Assembly (NCBI GenBank): GCA_035629865.1 | Contig: DASPHC010000082.1 | Location: forward strand, 12,158-76,157 | Length of the DNA: 64,000 bases | Origin: Thermoanaerobaculia bacterium | Lineage (GTDB): Bacteria; Acidobacteriota; Thermoanaerobaculia; Gp7-AA8 | Reading direction: 5' to 3' | Shown here: one piece after another, positions 60,526 to 64,000 of the stretch | How positions within the stretch are numbered: the stretch's first letter is position 1 | Layout of the letters: each line of letters opens with the position of its first letter | Notes under the pieces: generated by a model | The model's database searches: none | Seen by the model: only the letters and a program-made list of their open reading frames with translations | Told to the model about the DNA's origin: nothing | Made by a program: the position numbers and the translations under genes

Positions 60526-60966
60526 CTACGACTCATAGTCCGGCGAGTACGTCACCAGCTCATTCAGAAACACCGCCCTGGCCCGCTGCTGCTCATCATC
60601 CACTTCCAGCAGGTCGCGGATGGAGATCATGCCGATCAGCTTTCCGTCGTCGACCACCGGGAGGTGGCGGGCGTGGATGGAGTGCATCTTCTGGAGGGCC
60701 GTGTCGACGTCATCCGAAGGATCGCCTACGACGAGCTCTTTCGACATCACCACGTCCACCGGCGTGTTGTCTGGGTTGAGGCCGCGGGCCACGACGCGGG
60801 ACATGATGTCGCGCTCGGAGAAGATGCCTGCCAGCCGGCCGGCGTCGACCACAGCCACCGCGCCGATGTTCTTCTCGGTCATCTCCTGTGCCGCCGCGCG
60901 CACGTTATAGGAAGGATCGATCACCCACAGCGTCTGGCCCTCGATGAGCTCCGAGATCTGCTTCAT
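60526..60966 (-). CDS. CBS-domain pair protein
   Basis: ATG 60966 within ORF 60526..61053. Two CBS motifs (NIGAVAVVDAGRLAGIFSERDIM; HARHLPVVDDGKLIGMISIRDLL). Confidence 0.8.
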   Translation of the reverse strand: MKQISELIEGQTLWVIDPSYNVRAAAQEMTEKNIGAVAVVDAGRLAGIFSERDIMSRVVARGLNPDNTPVDVVMSKELVVGDPSDDVDTALQKMHSIHARHLPVVDDGKLIGMISIRDLLEVDDEQQRARAVFLNELVTYSPDYES

Positions 60967-60981
60967 GTCCGTCCCCTCTTC

Positions 60982-61015
60982 TAGTAGCGCAGCACCGTTA
61001 GTAGCGCAGCACCGT
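60982..61015. repeat. Perfect 17-bp tandem duplication across the apt stop codon
   Basis: tagtagcgcagcaccgt (60982-60998) is repeated at 60999-61015. Confidence 0.95.
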
Positions 61016-61522
61016 GTGCAGCTTGACCGCGGGATCGAATTTCCGGCGTCCATCCAGGAACTCCAGCTCGATCACCGTGGCCGCGCCGGCCAGCGTGGCG
61101 TCGAAACCTCGTACCAGATGCGTTGCGGCTGCAAGCGTGCCGCCAGTGGCGAGGACGTCGTCGATCACCAGCACCGTGTCGCCGGGCTGGAGGGCGTCGT
61201 CGTGGATCTCCAGGGCGTCGCTGCCGTATTCGAGCACGTACTCGTGGCGCCGCGTGGTCCACGGCAGCTTGCCCGGCTTGCGGATGGGGACGAAGCCCGC
61301 GCCGAGGTTCCGGGCGACGACGCTGCCGAAGATGAAGCCGCGCGACTCGATCCCGGCCACGATGGTCACGCCGGAATCGCGGAACGGCTCGGCCAGCAGC
61401 GCGCAGGAGCGTTCCAGCGCCTGCGGCGACCGCAGCAGCGGGGTGATGTCTTTGAACATGATGCCCGGCTTCGGAAAGTCGGGGACGTCGCGGATGAAGG
61501 TCTTCAGCTCGTCCGGCGTCAT
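60998..61522 (-). CDS. apt: Adenine phosphoribosyltransferase
   Basis: ATG 61522 within ORF 60998..61699. FPKPGIMFKDITPLL and the PRPP motif VLVIDDVLATGGT. Confidence 0.95.
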   Translation of the reverse strand: MTPDELKTFIRDVPDFPKPGIMFKDITPLLRSPQALERSCALLAEPFRDSGVTIVAGIESRGFIFGSVVARNLGAGFVPIRKPGKLPWTTRRHEYVLEYGSDALEIHDDALQPGDTVLVIDDVLATGGTLAAATHLVRGFDATLAGAATVIELEFLDGRRKFDPAVKLHTVLRY

Positions 61523-61797
61523 CAGAATTTCACGTCGAAGTCCGGCAGCTTCCCGCTGAACTCCTTCGGCTCCTGATCGATCTTCGTGACCTCCGCGTAG
61601 CGGGGGCCTTCGCGGATCTCCTCGATCCACTCGTCGATGTTCTTCTTCTCTCCTTCGACGAGTGCCTCGACCGAGCCGTCGCGGTTGTTCTGAATCCAAC
61701 CCTTCAGACCCATCCGCCGCGCGACGCGTGTCGCGTAAAAGCGGTAGCCGACTCCCTGGACCTTCCCGTGGATCCGCAGATGCCGCTGTTCCTTCAT
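61522..61797 (-). CDS. acyP: Acylphosphatase
   Basis: ATG 61797 within ORF 61522..62175. 91 aa. IHGKVQGVGYRFYA...GWIQNNRDGSVEA. The stop overlaps the apt start (TGATG). Confidence 0.9.
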   Translation of the reverse strand: MKEQRHLRIHGKVQGVGYRFYATRVARRMGLKGWIQNNRDGSVEALVEGEKKNIDEWIEEIREGPRYAEVTKIDQEPKEFSGKLPDFDVKF

Positions 61798-61844
61798 ATG
61801 GCGGGGGATTGTACCGAAAGCTCGCCGCGCTCGCGCGCCTTCGC

Positions 61845-62276
61845 TCAGGCCGACTTCTCCAGCATCACCCGGCCGGTCACGAGATTGTGGGTCTCGAAAT
61901 AGAAACGGATGTCGTGCCTCGCCAGGGCGTAGAGCTTGCGATCGCCTCCGCGCCCGCTGGCGCTGAGAAAGCCGTTGCCGTCCTCGCACACCATCAGGAT
62001 GTCGCCGCCGAACACCACCGGCGTCTCGGCGAGGAGCGAGAGGAACTGCGCGGCATCCGCCCCTCGGTCGATGATGATCCGTCCGATGTCGAGCCCGACG
62101 TCGTCGAGGGCGGCGCCGAGGGCCAGCCGGATGGCCTCGATCGAATCGAGAAAGGCGATCCGGTCGCGCATGCACGATCCGTAATTCCAGTCGATCGACG
62201 GCTTGGTGGCATCTCGTGCAATGAGGGTGATGCGCTGGTCACGATGCGGCATGATCGATTTCTCCTGACCCGCCAC
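61845..62276 (-). CDS. Hypothetical protein
   Basis: 143-aa ORF (ATG 62252 also possible). No motif recognised. Confidence 0.4.
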   Translation of the reverse strand: MAGQEKSIMPHRDQRITLIARDATKPSIDWNYGSCMRDRIAFLDSIEAIRLALGAALDDVGLDIGRIIIDRGADAAQFLSLLAETPVVFGGDILMVCEDGNGFLSASGRGGDRKLYALARHDIRFYFETHNLVTGRVMLEKSA

Positions 62277-62662
62277 TACGGTGCAAGCGCGCGTGCAGCG
62301 GCGGAAGGGCGGACTTTCGGCAGGGCCGTCTCGCCGTCGGCCGTCTCCGTCGCGGGCATCGGCACGTCGCGGAAGCCGAACGTCCCGACCGGCCAGACGT
62401 CGAGCGGGAGGTCGCGGTTGTTGATGCGATACGTCTTCCGCCGGCGGGAGCCGATCAGCTCCACGTAGCGTTCGTTCGGGATCGTGTACTCATCGCCCGC
62501 GTAGCGGAACTTCTGCCCCGGCTTGCCGTGGAAGCGGTATCCGATGGCCGTCAGGCCGCACTCCACCTTCGGCTCCTGGACCGGAGCGCGCCGGCGGAAC
62601 AGTTCGGAAGGGTTGATCTCGAGGTTGATGGCCGCCGTGAGTGCTGCTGCGAGGATGATCAT
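62276..62662 (-). CDS. Hypothetical exported protein
   Basis: ORF 62276..62695. ATG 62662 gives MIILAAALTAAINLE... (signal/anchor-like). No motif recognised. Confidence 0.4.
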   Translation of the reverse strand: MIILAAALTAAINLEINPSELFRRRAPVQEPKVECGLTAIGYRFHGKPGQKFRYAGDEYTIPNERYVELIGSRRRKTYRINNRDLPLDVWPVGTFGFRDVPMPATETADGETALPKVRPSAAARALAP

Positions 62663-62909
62663 GGGCTTGCTCCTTCGTTTTGCTGGAGCCCCCACAGTCC
62701 AATATCAGTACCGCCCTTGAATTTCAGTTAAACCATTCCATTCAAGTCGGTTAACGTGATTCTTCTGGATTCGGCCGCCGTCCGGATTGTGGATCGTGTT
62801 CGAAAACGGGACACCCTGGAGCGCTGTTTGCGAAGACAAAGCGTCGCTGGCGGCTTTGCGCGGACGACGGATGCCGTACGAGTGCCGAACGAGCGTGTAA
62901 TTCCCGGAC

Positions 62910-64000
62910 ATGCAAGAACTGAGAAACCGCATCCTCATCGTCGACGACGACCCGCAGATCGCGGCCGGACTGAGTGCGCTGTTGAGCGATGAGCGGGAGA
63001 CGCGCATCGCCTCGAACGGACGCGAGGCGATCGTCGCCTTCGGCGAGTTTTCGCCCGACATCGTCCTGCTGGACCTGCAGCTTCCCGACACCACCGGCAT
63101 CGACCTGCTGCACCAGTTCAAGATGTACGCGGAGTCGACCGCGGTCATCATGATGTCCGGCAACGGCACGCTGGACCGGGTGATCGAGTCGATGAAGCTC
63201 GGCGCCGAGACGTTCCTGCAGAAGCCGTTCGAGTTCGACGTCCTCGAGATCGTGCTGCAGCAGGTCGAGCGGATGGTCGCCAGCCGGCGGGAGCTCATGG
63301 CCTTGCGGCGCGCCGAAGCGCGCGGCGGCGAGCGGCTGGCCGGCACTTCTCCCGCCGTCACCCATCTGAACGACATCCTCGGCCAGATCGCCCGGGCGCC
63401 CTCTCCGGTGCTGATCCAGGGAGAGTCGGGGACGGGCAAGGGGATCATGGCCCGCCTGATTCACAACCGGTCGCAGCGAAGCCGCGCTCCCTTCGTCGAC
63501 CTGAACTGCGCCGGGCTTTCGAAAGAACTGCTGGAGTCTGAGCTGTTCGGCCACGAGCGCGGCGCGTTCACGAACGCCATGAATACCAAGCCGGGCCTCT
63601 TCGAGATCGCCGCCGAAGGGACGCTGTTCCTCGACGAGATCGGCGAGATGGAGCTCACCGTGCAGGCCCGGCTGCTCAAGGCTCTCGAGGAGAAGCGTTT
63701 TCGCCGCGTCGGAGGCATTCGCGACCTGCGGGCCGATTTCCGCCTGATCGCGGCCACCAACCGCGACCTCGCCGCCGAAGCGGCCGCGGGGCGGTTCCGC
63801 AGCGATCTGTACTACCGCCTGAACGTCGTACGGCTGCACATGCCTCCGCTGCGGGAGCGGATGGAGGACCTCCCCGTGCTCGCCGAGGAAGTGCTGCGGC
63901 CTCTGGCGAAAGAGCTCGGGCGGCCGATGCCGAAAATCAGTCCCGCGGCGATGAAAAAGCTGGCGTCCTATCCGTGGCCCGGCAACGTGCGCGAGCTGCG
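62910..64000 (+). CDS. Sigma-54-dependent response regulator (NtrC family), 3' end beyond window
   Basis: Open frame from ATG 62910 to the window edge. Receiver RILIVDDDP...DIVLLDLQLPD. AAA+ VLIQGESGTGKG, ESELFGHERGAFTNA (GAFTGA variant), LFLDEIGEM, RLIAATNRDL. Missing from the ORF track (no stop). The minus-strand ORFs here are shadows. Confidence 0.9.
   Translation, partial: MQELRNRILIVDDDPQIAAGLSALLSDERETRIASNGREAIVAFGEFSPDIVLLDLQLPDTTGIDLLHQFKMYAESTAVIMMSGNGTLDRVIESMKLGAETFLQKPFEFDVLEIVLQQVERMVASRRELMALRRAEARGGERLAGTSPAVTHLNDILGQIARAPSPVLIQGESGTGKGIMARLIHNRSQRSRAPFVDLNCAGLSKELLESELFGHERGAFTNAMNTKPGLFEIAAEGTLFLDEIGEMELTVQARLLKALEEKRFRRVGGIRDLRADFRLIAATNRDLAAEAAAGRFRSDLYYRLNVVRLHMPPLRERMEDLPVLAEEVLRPLAKELGRPMPKISPAAMKKLASYPWPGNVREL

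Noticed and set aside
62705-63839. Minus-strand ORFs 62705..63448 and 62751..63839
   Set aside because: They lie opposite the NtrC-family gene, whose receiver, Walker A, GAFTGA-like and Walker B motifs are all in the plus frame that runs to the window edge.

Overview
GC-rich (roughly two-thirds G+C by eye) bacterial chromosome segment. Gene content and repeat style suggest an Acidobacteriota-like organism, but that is inference only. Left to right: the 5' part of a membrane pyrophosphatase gene (-); a PNPOx/GAF/winged-helix regulator pair; a beta-propeller lipoprotein; two OmpA-like lipoproteins; and a MidA/NDUFAF7-type methyltransferase. Next is one long plus-strand unit, nuoABCDHIJKLMN (11 subunits, no nuoEFG), which runs without a visible terminator into atpZ-atpI-atpB-atpE. 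After a repeat-filled gap come a YdeI-like gene and an XRE-TPR-secreted-protein operon. A ~24 kb cell-surface glycan region follows. It holds a Wzm-like ABC-2 permease, three large secreted proteins (FG-GAP propeller, 468-aa orphan, 1728-aa PKD giant), a Wzt-like ATPase, glycosyltransferases, methyltransferases, a GNAT, deacetylases, an acyltransferase, a rifampin ADP-ribosyltransferase (arr) and a GGDEF protein. The right third holds tpiA-secG-tRNA-Leu(GAG), a small less GC-rich islet, a short copper amine oxidase, accC plus a BCCP-like gene, DinB, a predicted pseudokinase/cyclase-like/TPR membrane protein, queD, CBS, apt, acyP and the start of an NtrC-type activator. The strongest non-genic signals are many long intergenic hairpins whose arms are tandem 7-mers or 9-mers (a different unit at most sites), two AT-rich 21-bp tandem arrays of dyad-symmetric units, and several REP/MITE-like palindromes. 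The strongest genic signals are NuoB fused to an RnfB-type Fe-S domain in an EFG-less complex I operon, and a Wzm/Wzt pair separated by 9 kb of secreted-protein genes. I saw no rRNA, CRISPR, transposase or integrase. Many long ORFs in the track are antisense or alternate-frame shadows typical of GC-rich DNA.
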